Below, piece by piece: positions 30,783-40,960 of a stretch of DNA of 64,000 nucleotides (its first letter is position 1; each line of letters begins with the position of its first letter). The notes beneath the pieces were generated by a model. It did not search any database. It worked only from the letters and a program-made list of their open reading frames with translations, and was not told the origin of the DNA. A program made the position numbers and the translations under genes. The DNA comes from an uncultured Acidobacteriota bacterium (GTDB lineage Bacteria > Acidobacteriota > Terriglobia > Terriglobales > Acidobacteriaceae): contig CAVWLS010000016.1 in NCBI GenBank assembly GCA_963755975.1, forward strand, positions 5,965 to 69,964. The letters are read 5' to 3'.

Positions 30783-32120
30783 ATGTTCGACCGCAGAAAA
30801 TTCCTTCAAGCCGCTGCCGCAGCTGCCGTCACTAGCCGCCTCGAACCTCTGTTCGGACAAGCCTCGTCAACGCCAACCTCGCCCAACGACAACATCCAGC
30901 TCGCCCTCATCGGCGCGGGTATCCAGGGACAGGGCGACACCAAGACCGCGATCCAGGTGCCGGGCGTGAAGCTGGTTGCCGTGGCCGACTGCTACGACGG
31001 ACGCCTCGCCCACTCCAAAGAACTCTGGGGCGCGGACATCTTCACCACGCGCGACTACCGCGAGATTCTTTCGCGTAAAGACGTTGACGCCGTTCTGATC
31101 GCCACGCCCGATCACTGGCACAAAACCGTCGCCGTAGACGCCATGAAAGCCGGCAAAGATGTCTACCTCGAGAAGCCGATGATCCACATCTATCCCGACG
31201 GCCCGGAGATCATCGAGACCGCCCGCTCCACCAACCGCATCATCCAAGTCGGCAGCCAGCGCGTCAGCTCCATCGTCTACGCCAAGGCCAAGGAGCTGCT
31301 CGCATCGGGCATCATCGGCAAGCTCAACATGGTGAGCGCCTGGTGGGACCGCAATTCTTCGATTGGAGCATGGAACTACTCCATCCCGCTCGACGCCTCG
31401 ACCGAAACCTGCGACTGGCCGCAGTTCCTCGGCAGCGCGCCCAAGATCCCCTGGAACGCCGAGCACTTCTTCCAGTGGCGCAAATGGAAGGCTTACGGAT
31501 CGGGCGTCGCCGGCGATCTCTTCGTGCACCTCTTCAGCGGCACGCACTTCATCACCGGCTCCCACGGCCCCACCCGCGCCATGGCCACCGGCGCGCTCCG
31601 CTACTGGAAGGATGGCCGCGATGTCGACGACGTCCTGCTCGCGCTCTTCGATTATCCAGAGGGCTTCAACCTCAGCCTGCGCGTCAACTTCGTCGATGGA
31701 GGCGAGGAGAGCGAGGGCTTCGTATTTGTCGGTTCCGAGGGCCAGATGGTCATCGCCGGGCAATCGGTCGCGGTGAACCGCGTTCCGCGTGAGAGCGAGC
31801 CCGGCTACACCGTCTCGACCTTCACCGACGCCATGCAGAAGGAGTACATCGCCGAGTACCGCAAGAAATATCCTGAGCAGCATTTTTCCGGGGCGGTACC
31901 GACGGCCATGGAGAAGTTTGCTCCGCCCGCCGGATACTCCGACAGCTACGACCACTTCCATAACTTCTTCAACGCGGTGCGCAGCCGTAAGCCCGTCGTT
32001 GAGGACGCCACCTTTGGATTCCGCGCCGCCGGCGCCGCCCTGCTCAGCAACCTGAGCGCGGACAAAGGCACCGTCGTTCACTGGAATCCCGAGACGATGA
32101 AGGTGGTTGAAAAATCGTAA
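30783..32120 (+). CDS. Gfo/Idh/MocA-family oxidoreductase with a twin-arginine signal
   Basis: MFDRRKFLQAAAAAAVTS; Rossmann LALIGAGIQGQGD; VDAVLIATPDHWH; EKPM. Confidence 0.85.
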   Translation: MFDRRKFLQAAAAAAVTSRLEPLFGQASSTPTSPNDNIQLALIGAGIQGQGDTKTAIQVPGVKLVAVADCYDGRLAHSKELWGADIFTTRDYREILSRKDVDAVLIATPDHWHKTVAVDAMKAGKDVYLEKPMIHIYPDGPEIIETARSTNRIIQVGSQRVSSIVYAKAKELLASGIIGKLNMVSAWWDRNSSIGAWNYSIPLDASTETCDWPQFLGSAPKIPWNAEHFFQWRKWKAYGSGVAGDLFVHLFSGTHFITGSHGPTRAMATGALRYWKDGRDVDDVLLALFDYPEGFNLSLRVNFVDGGEESEGFVFVGSEGQMVIAGQSVAVNRVPRESEPGYTVSTFTDAMQKEYIAEYRKKYPEQHFSGAVPTAMEKFAPPAGYSDSYDHFHNFFNAVRSRKPVVEDATFGFRAAGAALLSNLSADKGTVVHWNPETMKVVEKS

Positions 32121-32142
32121 TGTTGACGGTTACTTTTGGATT

Positions 32143-32236
32143 GTCATCCCGAGCGAAGCACGCCGTGGCGTGTGCAGTTGAGGGAGCTACAGAGTCTTAA
32201 TCCCGGGTGCCCCACGTCCGGATTTTCGGACGTGGG
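32143..32236 (+). repeat. REP-like intergenic element (GTCATCCYGAGCGAAG... module plus a 10-bp-stem hairpin)
   Basis: gtcatcccgagcgaagcacgccgtggcgtgtgcagttgagggagc is near-identical in layout to 60687-60730. The hairpin is cccacgtccg-gattttc-ggacgtggg at 32211-32236. Confidence 0.7.
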
Positions 32237-32265
32237 CTTCAACCAACAACACTGGAGCCCAAACG

Positions 32266-33648
32266 ATGATTTCCTTCAAGCGCCTCGCGCCTCTTCTTCT
32301 CTTGCTCGCGCCGCTCGCGTATGCCCAGGAACCGGGAAAAGCCACCGAGTTCCGCATGCAACATCCCGGCAACGGACCCGGCGGCGAGCCGCGCATCGCC
32401 TTTCTCTCCCACCGCCTCGGCACCGACCACGCCGAAGGCATCTCCCTGCTGGACATGAACGGCGACGGCTTTCCCGACCTGCTGAGCGGAGCCTACTGGT
32501 ACGAGAACCCCGGCGCCAACGGCGGTGTGTGGAAGCAGCACCAGTTCCGCACCGTGGGTATTCATAATGAATTCGTCTCCGACTGCGGCGAGTGGATCGT
32601 CGACGTCGACCACGACGGCCTGCCCGACCTGGTCACCACCGGCTGGATCTCGAACGGCGTCTGGGTCTATCACAACCCCGGACCCGAGGCGACCAAGGCT
32701 GGTCAGATGTGGAAAGCGGAAAAGATCGCTGACAGTTACGATACCGAGGGCGGAGCCTTCTTCGACATCAACGGAGACGGCAAGCCCGACCTGGCGCTCG
32801 CCCACTACAACCGCTCCGGAGTCCTCTGGATCGACTTCAGCAAGGACAAGCCGCGCGTCCACCATCTCGGAGGCAAGGAGCAGGACGGCCACGGCATCGG
32901 CGTCGCCGACATCAACGGCGACGGCAAGGCCGACGTGATCACCACCCACGGATGGTTCGAGCAGATCGACGCCGACAACGACCAGTGGAAGTGGCATGGC
33001 GACTGGGACCTCGGCGATACCGGCTTCCCCATCCTTGGCTATGACGTGAACCACGACGGCAAGATGGATCTCATCTACGGCCAGGGCCACGGCTACGGAC
33101 TCTACTGGCTCGAACAGGCGGGCACGCCCGATAAGCCTCTCTGGATCCGCCATACCATCGACGAATCCTTCTCGCAGTCGCACGCCGTTCTGCTCGCCGA
33201 CATTGACGGCGACGGCCAGCCTGAGCTCATCACCGGGAAGCGCTACCGCGGCCACTCGGGCAACGACCCCGGCTCGTATGATCCCGTCGTCGTTTACGCC
33301 TACAAGCTGCCCACGAACGCGGCAAAGACCCCTGAGGAGAACACCACGCCCGGCGCAGTCGCCACCATGCGCATTGCCAATCCCGCCTCCGATCCGCTCT
33401 TCACCCGCTATGCACTCTCCGTCAATGGAACCGCCAGCGCGGGAACGCAATTCATCGCCGCCGACCTCGACAAGGACGGTGACATCGACATCGCGAGCGC
33501 CGGCAAGCTCGGCGTGCACGTTCTCGAAAACCTCAAGATCAACAACGTCCCCAAGGCTGTCCGCGAAGAAGAGCAGCCCATCAATCGCCAATGGCCCTTC
33601 CCAGGCGAAGGCCAGGAGGTCCCGCAGGAAGATGGCCCCAAGCCTTAA
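32266..33648 (+). CDS. Secreted FG-GAP/VCBS repeat (beta-propeller) protein
   Basis: Seven repeats of the DxNGDGxxD type: DMNGDGFPDLL, DVDHDGLPDLV, DINGDGKPDLA, DINGDGKADVI, DVNHDGKMDLI, DIDGDGQPELI, DLDKDGDIDIA. Confidence 0.85.
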   Translation: MISFKRLAPLLLLLAPLAYAQEPGKATEFRMQHPGNGPGGEPRIAFLSHRLGTDHAEGISLLDMNGDGFPDLLSGAYWYENPGANGGVWKQHQFRTVGIHNEFVSDCGEWIVDVDHDGLPDLVTTGWISNGVWVYHNPGPEATKAGQMWKAEKIADSYDTEGGAFFDINGDGKPDLALAHYNRSGVLWIDFSKDKPRVHHLGGKEQDGHGIGVADINGDGKADVITTHGWFEQIDADNDQWKWHGDWDLGDTGFPILGYDVNHDGKMDLIYGQGHGYGLYWLEQAGTPDKPLWIRHTIDESFSQSHAVLLADIDGDGQPELITGKRYRGHSGNDPGSYDPVVVYAYKLPTNAAKTPEENTTPGAVATMRIANPASDPLFTRYALSVNGTASAGTQFIAADLDKDGDIDIASAGKLGVHVLENLKINNVPKAVREEEQPINRQWPFPGEGQEVPQEDGPKP

Positions 33649-33660
33649 GCGCGGCGACTG

Positions 33661-33689
33661 TTCAGGGCCTTTTAAACAGGCCCTGAACA
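33661..33689 (+). terminator. Hairpin downstream of the FG-GAP gene
   Basis: ttcagggcc-ttttaaaca-ggccctgaa. There is no clear T tail, so it may be only a structural element. Confidence 0.4.
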
Positions 33690-33826
33690 GGATTCATTGA
33701 AACGGACGCTTTAAAGCATCACCATCTGGATATACTGTTGCGGTCCTTAAACCAGCGGAATTCCTGCGCGGCAACTGTGCAGGGCTGGGTTATCGATTTC
33801 AGAGCGTCAACTATCAGCTCGGTATC

Positions 33827-34138
33827 GTGGCCAGCGGCGTCGACTTCGATGCAATGGGCATTGCCGAGATCGATGTCGCAATCACAATTCCCGCGCTGCC
33901 CAATGTCAGCGTTCCCAACTCATCACTGAGCGCGCTCAGCCTGGCGACCAATGCGCAGATCTCCATTCCGATCCAGTATGCGATCAGCTCTCTGCCGGCT
34001 GTGATCGCCTTCACGGTCAAGTCCAAGGTCACAACCCAGGCCGATGTGCAATTTTCCGCCAACAACGACTTCATCGATCAGCCGGTTTATGTTCTGCAGC
34101 CATCGAGCATTCCGCCATTTTCCGCAACTCCGGGCTGA
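33827..34138 (+). CDS. Hypothetical small protein
   Basis: 103-aa GTG-started ORF in a lower-GC spacer (..IAEIDVAITIPALPNVSVPNSS..VIAFTVKSKVTTQADVQF..). No family recognised; competing antisense ORF at 33814..34074. Confidence 0.3.
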   Translation: MASGVDFDAMGIAEIDVAITIPALPNVSVPNSSLSALSLATNAQISIPIQYAISSLPAVIAFTVKSKVTTQADVQFSANNDFIDQPVYVLQPSSIPPFSATPG

Positions 34139-34185
34139 TAAAATCGCGCCGCAGGCCGTATTCTCAAAGCCGCGGGAGTTAAATC

Positions 34186-34878
34186 ATGCGCCCGATCGAA
34201 CGCGATGTCCTGCTGTGCATGCTCGCCGCCTGCGCCGGGTCTGCCGACGGATGGAGTTTTTTCGGGCTCAGTCACGCCTTCGTCGCCAATATGACCGGCA
34301 ACACCGTCCTGCTCGGCATGGCGGTATTCGCGATACACGGCGACGTGCTTCATCCACTCACTTCGATCGCCTGTTATGTCTCGGGCGTGATCGCCGGATC
34401 GCTGCTGACGCGAAACGCTGAGCCGGAGCGAGCAGGCGCGCCGTGGTCGCGACGGGTTCCTCTGACACTGCTGATCGAGGCCCTGCTGCTGGCCGGTGCA
34501 GAGGCCGCATGGATCAGGATGCATCCCACCGGCGTGCCGCATCCGAACCACACTTTCCTGCAGGGATCGGTCGCCTTCGCCATGGGACTGCAGAGTGCCG
34601 CCATGCTGCAACTGAAGATTCCCGGCGTCGTTACCACCTATATCACCGGCACCTGGACGACCTTCATGAGCGGTCTGACCCGGCTCGGAAAGCAGCAGCC
34701 GCCCGCAGAAAAACAGCAATTCGAGAGTCGGCTGGGCATGCAGGCCGCCGTCCTGGCCGTTTACTTTCTGTCAGCTGTGTTTACCGGCTGTCTCTTCCGC
34801 TATTTCCCGGCCGCAGTCGGAGCACTCCCCGCCGGCTCCGTGCTGCTCGTAGCCGTCTACAGCCTTGCAAAATCGTAA
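34186..34878 (+). CDS. YoaK/DUF1275-family membrane protein
   Basis: LLCMLAACAGSADGWSFFGLSHAFVANMTGNTVLLGMA.. with six hydrophobic helices. Confidence 0.8.
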   Translation: MRPIERDVLLCMLAACAGSADGWSFFGLSHAFVANMTGNTVLLGMAVFAIHGDVLHPLTSIACYVSGVIAGSLLTRNAEPERAGAPWSRRVPLTLLIEALLLAGAEAAWIRMHPTGVPHPNHTFLQGSVAFAMGLQSAAMLQLKIPGVVTTYITGTWTTFMSGLTRLGKQQPPAEKQQFESRLGMQAAVLAVYFLSAVFTGCLFRYFPAAVGALPAGSVLLVAVYSLAKS

Positions 34879-34915
34879 CCGCCGAAATCACATTCTCCCG
34901 CGATAACCTGAATAC

Positions 34916-36571
34916 ATGTTCTGGTCTGCTCGTCGACTCCTTCTTTTCTGCGCGCTCCCCGTTTTGTCCGTTACCCTCCACGCCCAGCAGGCTCCCGCTC
35001 CGCAGGCTCCCACTCACGCCGACATCCTGCGCGGAGGTTACGGGCCTTATCGCGCCAACAACGACCTGCTCTACTACCACCTCGATATTCGCGTCGATCC
35101 GGACAAGCAGACCATCACCGGCAAGAACACCATCCGCTTCAAGATGCTCAGCGACGCGAGCCGTATCCAGATTGATCTCAGCGATGCCCTGCACGTTGAC
35201 AAGATCCTCCTCGGAGACAGCCCTCTCAAATATCGACGCGACTCGGGCGCCGTCTTCATCGACTTTCCCGAGACCCTCCACGCGGGCCAGGTTTACTCCA
35301 TCGACTTCTACTACTCCGGCCACCCGCTCACCATCGGGCGCTTCGGCGGCATGGTCTTCACCAAAGATCCGGCCGGCCATCCCTGGATCTACACCTCCTG
35401 CGAAGACGATGGAGCCAGCATCTGGTGGCCCAACAAAGATCAGTGGCGCGACGAGGTCGAATCCATGGACATCAGCGTCGCCGTCCCCAACGGCCTCACC
35501 GACGTCTCCAACGGCAGGTTGCAGGGCTCAACCAACCTCGGCGACGGATACACGCGATGGGACTGGCACGTCAGCTATCCCATCAACGCTTACGACGTTG
35601 CGCTCAACATCGGCGACTACGTTCACTTCTCCGACCACTACGGCACGCTGCCCCTCGACTACTACGTGCTGCCCGCCGACCTCGACAAGGCGAAGAAGCA
35701 ATTCGCGCAGGTTCCCGGCATGCTTGAAGCCTTCGCGCACTACTTCGGTCCGTACCCCTTCGAGCGCGACGGATACAAGCTCATCCAGGTCCCCTACTCC
35801 GGCATGGAGCACCAGACGGCCGTCGCCTACGGCAATCTCTTCAAGAACGGCTACCTTGGGCGTGACTGGACCGGCGTGGGCATCAGCCCCAAATTCGACT
35901 TCATCATCATCCACGAGAGCGCGCACGAATGGTTCGGGAACAGCATCACCGCACAGGACCGCTCCGATATGTGGATTCATGAGGGCTGGGCTACGTATCT
36001 CGAATCGCTCTACGTCGAGTACTGGTACGGCAAGGACGCCGCGATTCGTTACCTTAGCGGTTACAAATCAAAGGTGCGGAACAAGCGCCCCATTATCACC
36101 GAGCGCGGCATCAACGCTACGCCTCCGGAAGACCAGTATTTCAAGGGCGCGCTCATGCTTAACACGCTGCGCAGCGTCATCGACAACGACCCGCGCTGGT
36201 TACAGCTCATCCACGACTTCTATCAGCACTTCAAGTATCAGAACATCATGACCGAGGACGTCGTTGCGTGGTTCGACGAGCAGACGAAGCTCAATCTGAC
36301 GCCGATTTTCAACCAGTACCTGCGCCACACCGCGATCCCACTGCTCGAACTGAAGTTTGATCCCGCCGCCGGAACTGTTGCCTATCGCTGGAAGGCAGAC
36401 GAAGCGGACTTCGCGATGCCTGTACGCGTCGGCGATCCTGCCCACTGGCAGACGATCCGGGCGACGACACAGTGGCAGACGATGAAGACGACGCTCACGC
36501 CCACCGCGTTCGCTGTCGACACCGACCACTTCTACATCGATGTAAGCAAGATCGAGGTGAGCAAGGAATAA
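34916..36571 (+). CDS. M1-family zinc metallopeptidase (aminopeptidase N-like)
   Basis: Signal peptide; GMEHQT; zinc motif IIHESAHEWFGNSIT..x18..WIHEGWATYLE. Confidence 0.88.
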   Translation: MFWSARRLLLFCALPVLSVTLHAQQAPAPQAPTHADILRGGYGPYRANNDLLYYHLDIRVDPDKQTITGKNTIRFKMLSDASRIQIDLSDALHVDKILLGDSPLKYRRDSGAVFIDFPETLHAGQVYSIDFYYSGHPLTIGRFGGMVFTKDPAGHPWIYTSCEDDGASIWWPNKDQWRDEVESMDISVAVPNGLTDVSNGRLQGSTNLGDGYTRWDWHVSYPINAYDVALNIGDYVHFSDHYGTLPLDYYVLPADLDKAKKQFAQVPGMLEAFAHYFGPYPFERDGYKLIQVPYSGMEHQTAVAYGNLFKNGYLGRDWTGVGISPKFDFIIIHESAHEWFGNSITAQDRSDMWIHEGWATYLESLYVEYWYGKDAAIRYLSGYKSKVRNKRPIITERGINATPPEDQYFKGALMLNTLRSVIDNDPRWLQLIHDFYQHFKYQNIMTEDVVAWFDEQTKLNLTPIFNQYLRHTAIPLLELKFDPAAGTVAYRWKADEADFAMPVRVGDPAHWQTIRATTQWQTMKTTLTPTAFAVDTDHFYIDVSKIEVSKE

Positions 36572-36599
36572 GACTGGGGACTGGAGACTGACAACTGTC
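36572..36599 (+). repeat. Heptamer-phased array RACTGNN x4 directly after the peptidase stop
   Basis: gactggg gactgga gactgac aactgtc. The reverse complement of the same family occurs at 54974-55001. Confidence 0.75.
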
Positions 36600-36613
36600 A
36601 CCCACAAAGCGAA

Positions 36614-36657
36614 AGGGCGACTTCTCTTGCGAGTCGTCGCCCTCTCTTCCGATTTTT
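36614..36657 (+). terminator. Rho-independent terminator of the M1 peptidase gene
   Basis: Stem agggcgac / gtcgccct, followed by ctcttccgattttt. Confidence 0.65.
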
Positions 36658-37104
36658 CGAAGGTCTGGTTCGGCTTCCAAACCACAACTTCGTTACGCGA
36701 ATCCTTCGAGACCTGCGAGCTTGCGCCCGTGTTTCCCGCTCTCTTCCGCCGTCACTCCGTTGTAAGAGCTTTGTCGGTTCCATCTCAGAGCCTCCGGTTT
36801 CCCGGCTGCTCTGTGAGTCCCGTCGCCGGGCCTCTTGATGTCCCCTTCTACTCTCTCCCTCTGGAGGATCTCTCCTCCGTTGTTTTGAATGTACTCGCGA
36901 TTCGGATAAATTCAAGTGGCTGTTACAAATTTTACGGTGTGGAAATAGCGTGTTTTCTGTGGGAAACGCGCTAGTGCTCCTGAAATGCACACTGAGCGGT
37001 GCAGCCGGATCCGATTCATGGAGCTGATGAGCAGTACCTCTGGTTCGCATGCTTCGCAAATGTAACCGCGACTATCACATAAAGATCAGAACGCAGCCCT
37101 AACC

Positions 37105-40100
37105 TCAGAACAGCGATTTGACGGTAAGAGTAACGACCGCGGAATGGCTGAGTGTCTGACCGTCCTGCGACACCGAAGCAGTCACGGCAATGTGGTAAGT
37201 TCCCGGCGGAGTGCCTCCCGCAATTGGCGCAGGCCCACCGCATCCGGAGATGCTCAAGGCAAATAGCGCAAAGACCAGCATGAGCCATGAGCCACGACGG
37301 CGCAGCTGGCGCGGCAGAACCAGGAAGGCCAGTGAAGCCATGAATCCGGCTCTGAGCGCCGTTCCCTCCAACCCGGTTCCCCAGGGTTTGCGCGCTGCTG
37401 CGCCGGCGCTAGTTACCTCGTGTGCGCCTGTTGTCTGGATAACGAGCGTCGAGGCTCCGCTTCCATCGGCAATAGAAGGAGCATTAAAGGTGCAGGTGGT
37501 TGCCTGCGGAAGACCGGCGCAGGACAAGACCAACGTCTGGTGGAAGCCTCCCTTAGCCGCAACATTGACCTTGAAGCTCGTCAGTTCTCCCGGATAAACA
37601 CTTCTGCTGACCGGTGACGCCAGGATGGAGAAGTCTCCGATGAAGGGCACGATCGTCTCCTGCATCGCAGCGGAAACGGCCGGCAGGAAGTTCGGCGTCC
37701 CCGAATAATAAGCCGTGATCGAATGGGTTCCGACAGCAAGCGAATTCGTGTGGAAGGTAGCGACTCCTCCTGCGCTGACTGCTACCGGAGCGCCGAGCGC
37801 CGTGCTGCCCTCCAGCAAGGTTACGCTTCCGCCTGGCGAGCCTTGCGCAGCCGTCACGTTCGTTGTAAACGTCACATCGCTGCCGATCTCCGCCGGATTG
37901 GGGCTGCCGGAAAGGTCGAGGTGAACCCCCTCAGGAATAATGCTCAGCGAATATGGGCTCGATGTACTGGCGCTGAATGCTGTGTCCCCACCGTAAGCCG
38001 CCGTAATCGAATACGCGCCAGCGTTCAAGGCCGAGGTCGAATAGACAGCATTGCCGTTATGCACCGGCGCAGTGCCCAGCACTGCAGATCCGGCATAGAA
38101 CGTCACGGCGCCACCTGGATTGGAGCCCGACGGGTTTGAGCCCGACGGAGAAGTCACAGCGGCAGTAAAGGTAACCGTCTGGAAAACGGTCGCCGGATTC
38201 GGAGTAGCGGAGACCGTCGTCGCCGAAGCATTGAGCACGACGTTTTCCGTATATACCGGCGAGGTGCTCGTGTTGAAAACTCTATCTCCTCCATAGGCAG
38301 CGGTAAGTGAGTGCGCGCCCGCAGTCGAAAAGCTCGTAGACAAAACGGATGTCCCGTTGGCGGCCAGTGGCGCGTTCCCAAGGCTGGTTCCGCCGTCGAA
38401 GAAGGTTACAGTTCCGGTAGGCGCACCGCTTACCGCGCTGACCTTCGCGGTCAGTGTTACAGATTGCAGGGCGTTCGCCGGGTTCGGAGAAGCGCTGAGG
38501 ACCGTGCTGCTCGCCAGGCCGTTGATCACCTCGGTCAGGCTGCCCGAGCTGCCCGCGAAAGTCCCGTTTGCAGAGTATGTGGCAGTAATGGTGTGGCTGC
38601 CCACCGACAACGAGCTCGTGCTGTAAGCCGCGACCCCGTTATTCAGTGCCTGGGTGGCGAGAGTGGTTGTGCCATCGCTGAACGTGATCGAACCCGTGGG
38701 TACCCCTTGCGTAGAAGTCACGGTCGCTGTAAACGTAACCGTCTGTCCCGAATTCGCGGGATTCAGAGATGAGGCAATAGCGGTGTCGGTCGTGTAGCCG
38801 TTCAACACCTGCTGTCCAGTGCGGAGCCTCGGCTGAGAAGATAGGTCGTGTTCGCCGGATAGATGGCTGTGATGGAGTTGGTGCCGACTGCGAGCGAGTT
38901 GGTTGATATGTGGCAACACCGTTCGCCTGCGGAGTAAGAGTCGCAGGCGTCGCGGCTACATTTGTTAATGTTATCGGTCCCGGCGGTATGCCGTTCGTAG
39001 AGCTGATCGTTGCGGTGAACGTGACTGCCTGCCCGACAAGCGAAGGATTCGGAGAAGAGCCCAGAGTCAGCGTGACGCCATACATATCCACCAGCACATA
39101 GATCTTGACCGAGGTGGCTGGAGTAAATTCGCCCTGTCCCGGATACGTTGCAAGAAACGCATGGACGCCCGGCACCACGGAATTTACCGTCCACTCTGCG
39201 TTCCCGCTGCCGTCGATGTCGCTCGATCCGAGTTTGTTGCCGTCCTCAAAGAAAGTCACCGTTGCCTGCCGGGATGCCATTCGGTGAGACCAGTTTGGCC
39301 GTGAGGGTAAGAGCGGTGCCGCCACTCACCTCGTATCCCGATGGCGTGAGCACGATGGTCGTGGGACTGGTTTCCTGCGACGCCCGCGTACTCGTAGGCG
39401 CCCATATCCACGATCGGATATCCCTTCCCGGTCGCATCCTGGATGCGGGGATTTCCATCGAGATCCTTGGTGAGTGAACACCTGCATTTGCGAGCAACTG
39501 TAGCGCGCTGTTGTTTCCCGCGTCGATAGCCGGCGAGCCTGACCTTAAGATGATAGTCGCCGCCGGAAGCATTCACGAATTGCGGATCGGCCGAGATATT
39601 CCCATAGCTGCCGGTTTGGTCAGTGCAGGCGCCACCGTAAGGGTTGCCCTTGAGAGTTGTAGATATCGTTGTGATCTATAACTAATGGGGTCAGGCTCAG
39701 GTAGTTGTAATCTTCTCCGCATACAAGACGCCGGGTTCGAGTCGATGCCGACGATGATGTTGTTGACAAGAGCAGATTGGCTAAGATTGACCGTCAAGAC
39801 AAGATCTGCGAAGCCGAAGCTCCTGAGACAGCGTTGTCTGTTAGCCGACGATGGTATTATTGACGATCGGGTTGAATAATGGGCCCCAGTGGTCGCCAGG
39901 AGGGCGAAGATCAATTCCTCCATTCCACCCGCCGAATTCCCGTAGATCAGGTTTCCGGCGACAGGAGTTCCATCGACATGAATGAGAGTGATGGCGCCCC
40001 CGTCGCCGATGGCGTCGGAGTTGTTGCGGATGATGTTGCTTTCAATCGCGGTGCCGTCCGCTCCAGTCGGCAATCGCCGCACCTCCGTTTCCCCCTGCAT

Positions 40101-40765
40101 CTTCGACCCGAATTCGGTATTGTTCTCGATGATGTTGCCGGCTATCACAGTCGGATCGGCGGCCTGGGGAGTGTATAAATGCCAATCGTCCACCCATATG
40201 CGCCGATCCTCCGGCGAACGCACGCGGTCTCCCGCGTCAAGTGTGAAACTGATCTCGTTGTTCTGAATCAGCGGAGCGGCGTCATACAGCGTGGAGTCCA
40301 TAACAGTGTTGTGGTAATTACGTTATTCAGAATCGATGGCGCTGCGTTCTCGACATAGATGTCCGCTGGTGTCCAGGAATTGTGCGTCCCTCTGCCGCCA
40401 TTCTGGATGGTGAAGCCGCTGATGATGCTGGTCGCTTGGTCTCGTTGGTCTTGAAGTGACAACCGTCATGGACCTTCCGTGCTGCCATCAATCACCGTCG
40501 TGCCCGGCCCCGCCGAGCTGATAACGGTAATTGCCTTACCCATGAAATCGATGTTCTCGGTATAAGTCCCCGGAGAAACCAGCACCGTGTCTCCCGGATT
40601 TGCGGCATTGATACCGGCCTGAATGGTGGGTTGATCGACAGGGACATGGATGGTCCGCTGTGCGGCGGCGGCGACCCCGTAAATCCATAGTAAAAAGAAA
40701 ATGCTGAAGAGAATTCCGCCTGCGGCCTTCTCAGGCCGGAGAACTCCACTGCGGGCGCATGTCAC
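37105..40765 (-). pseudogene. Giant secreted beta-helix plus Ig-like-repeat adhesin-type protein, fragmented into at least 6 frames
   Basis: Co-linear same-strand fragments: 40466..40765 (signal peptide, QPTIQAGINAANPGDTVLVSPGTY), 40268..40462, 39573..40301 (NIIENN.., SNIIRNNSD.., GNLIYGNS beta-helix turns), 39256..39576 / 39246..39572 (GGDYHLK | SGSPAIDAGNN | DLDGNPR..VDMGAYEY alternating between two frames), 38639..39325, and 37105..38919 (repeats of VTFTATV..G.VTF.DG...LG...L..G.A....S.L..G.H.ITA.Y.G plus a C-terminal TM helix). Confidence 0.75.
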
Positions 40766-40960
40766 TTTCGACGTCCTTTGGGCTAGCTCGCCTTACAAAT
40801 GAATCACGTTGGGGGATATCTCAGGAGAAAATACCACAATGAGGTTCAGGCAGCAGGGCATGGCCTCCGGGGCCGAAATACCGATCCTCTCCCAGTCCAT
40901 AAAATCAGGTATTTAAGAGATGAGCCCCACCAACCCGTGGAGCCTGGCCAGCCAGGCTGC

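Noticed and set aside
30867-33591. Long minus-strand ORFs 30867..32081 (404 aa) and 32239..33591 (450 aa).
   Set aside because: Both are antisense shadows of the oxidoreductase and FG-GAP genes, with Gly/Val/Asp/Ala-rich repetitive translations.
34443-36251. A 602-aa plus-strand ORF overlapping the M1 peptidase in another frame.
   Set aside because: The product is Ser/Thr/Arg/Pro-rich with no motifs. The alternative frame (34916..36571) carries HExxH-x18-E and GxMEN-like motifs.
36627-37100. A ~450-nt gap between the M1 peptidase terminator and the adhesin 3' end containing ORF 36627..36974, considered as a small gene or sRNA.
   Set aside because: The ORF product has no coding-like features, and I could find no convincing structure or promoter by eye.
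39573-40468. In-frame TGA codons at 39573-39575 and 40466-40468 within the adhesin gene, considered as further examples of lone nonsense mutations.
   Set aside because: Conserved motifs around both sites (ADPQFVNASGGDYHLK, and VTFKTNETK against ATSIISGFTIQNGG) lie in other frames. These are therefore frameshift zones, not clean nonsense substitutions.
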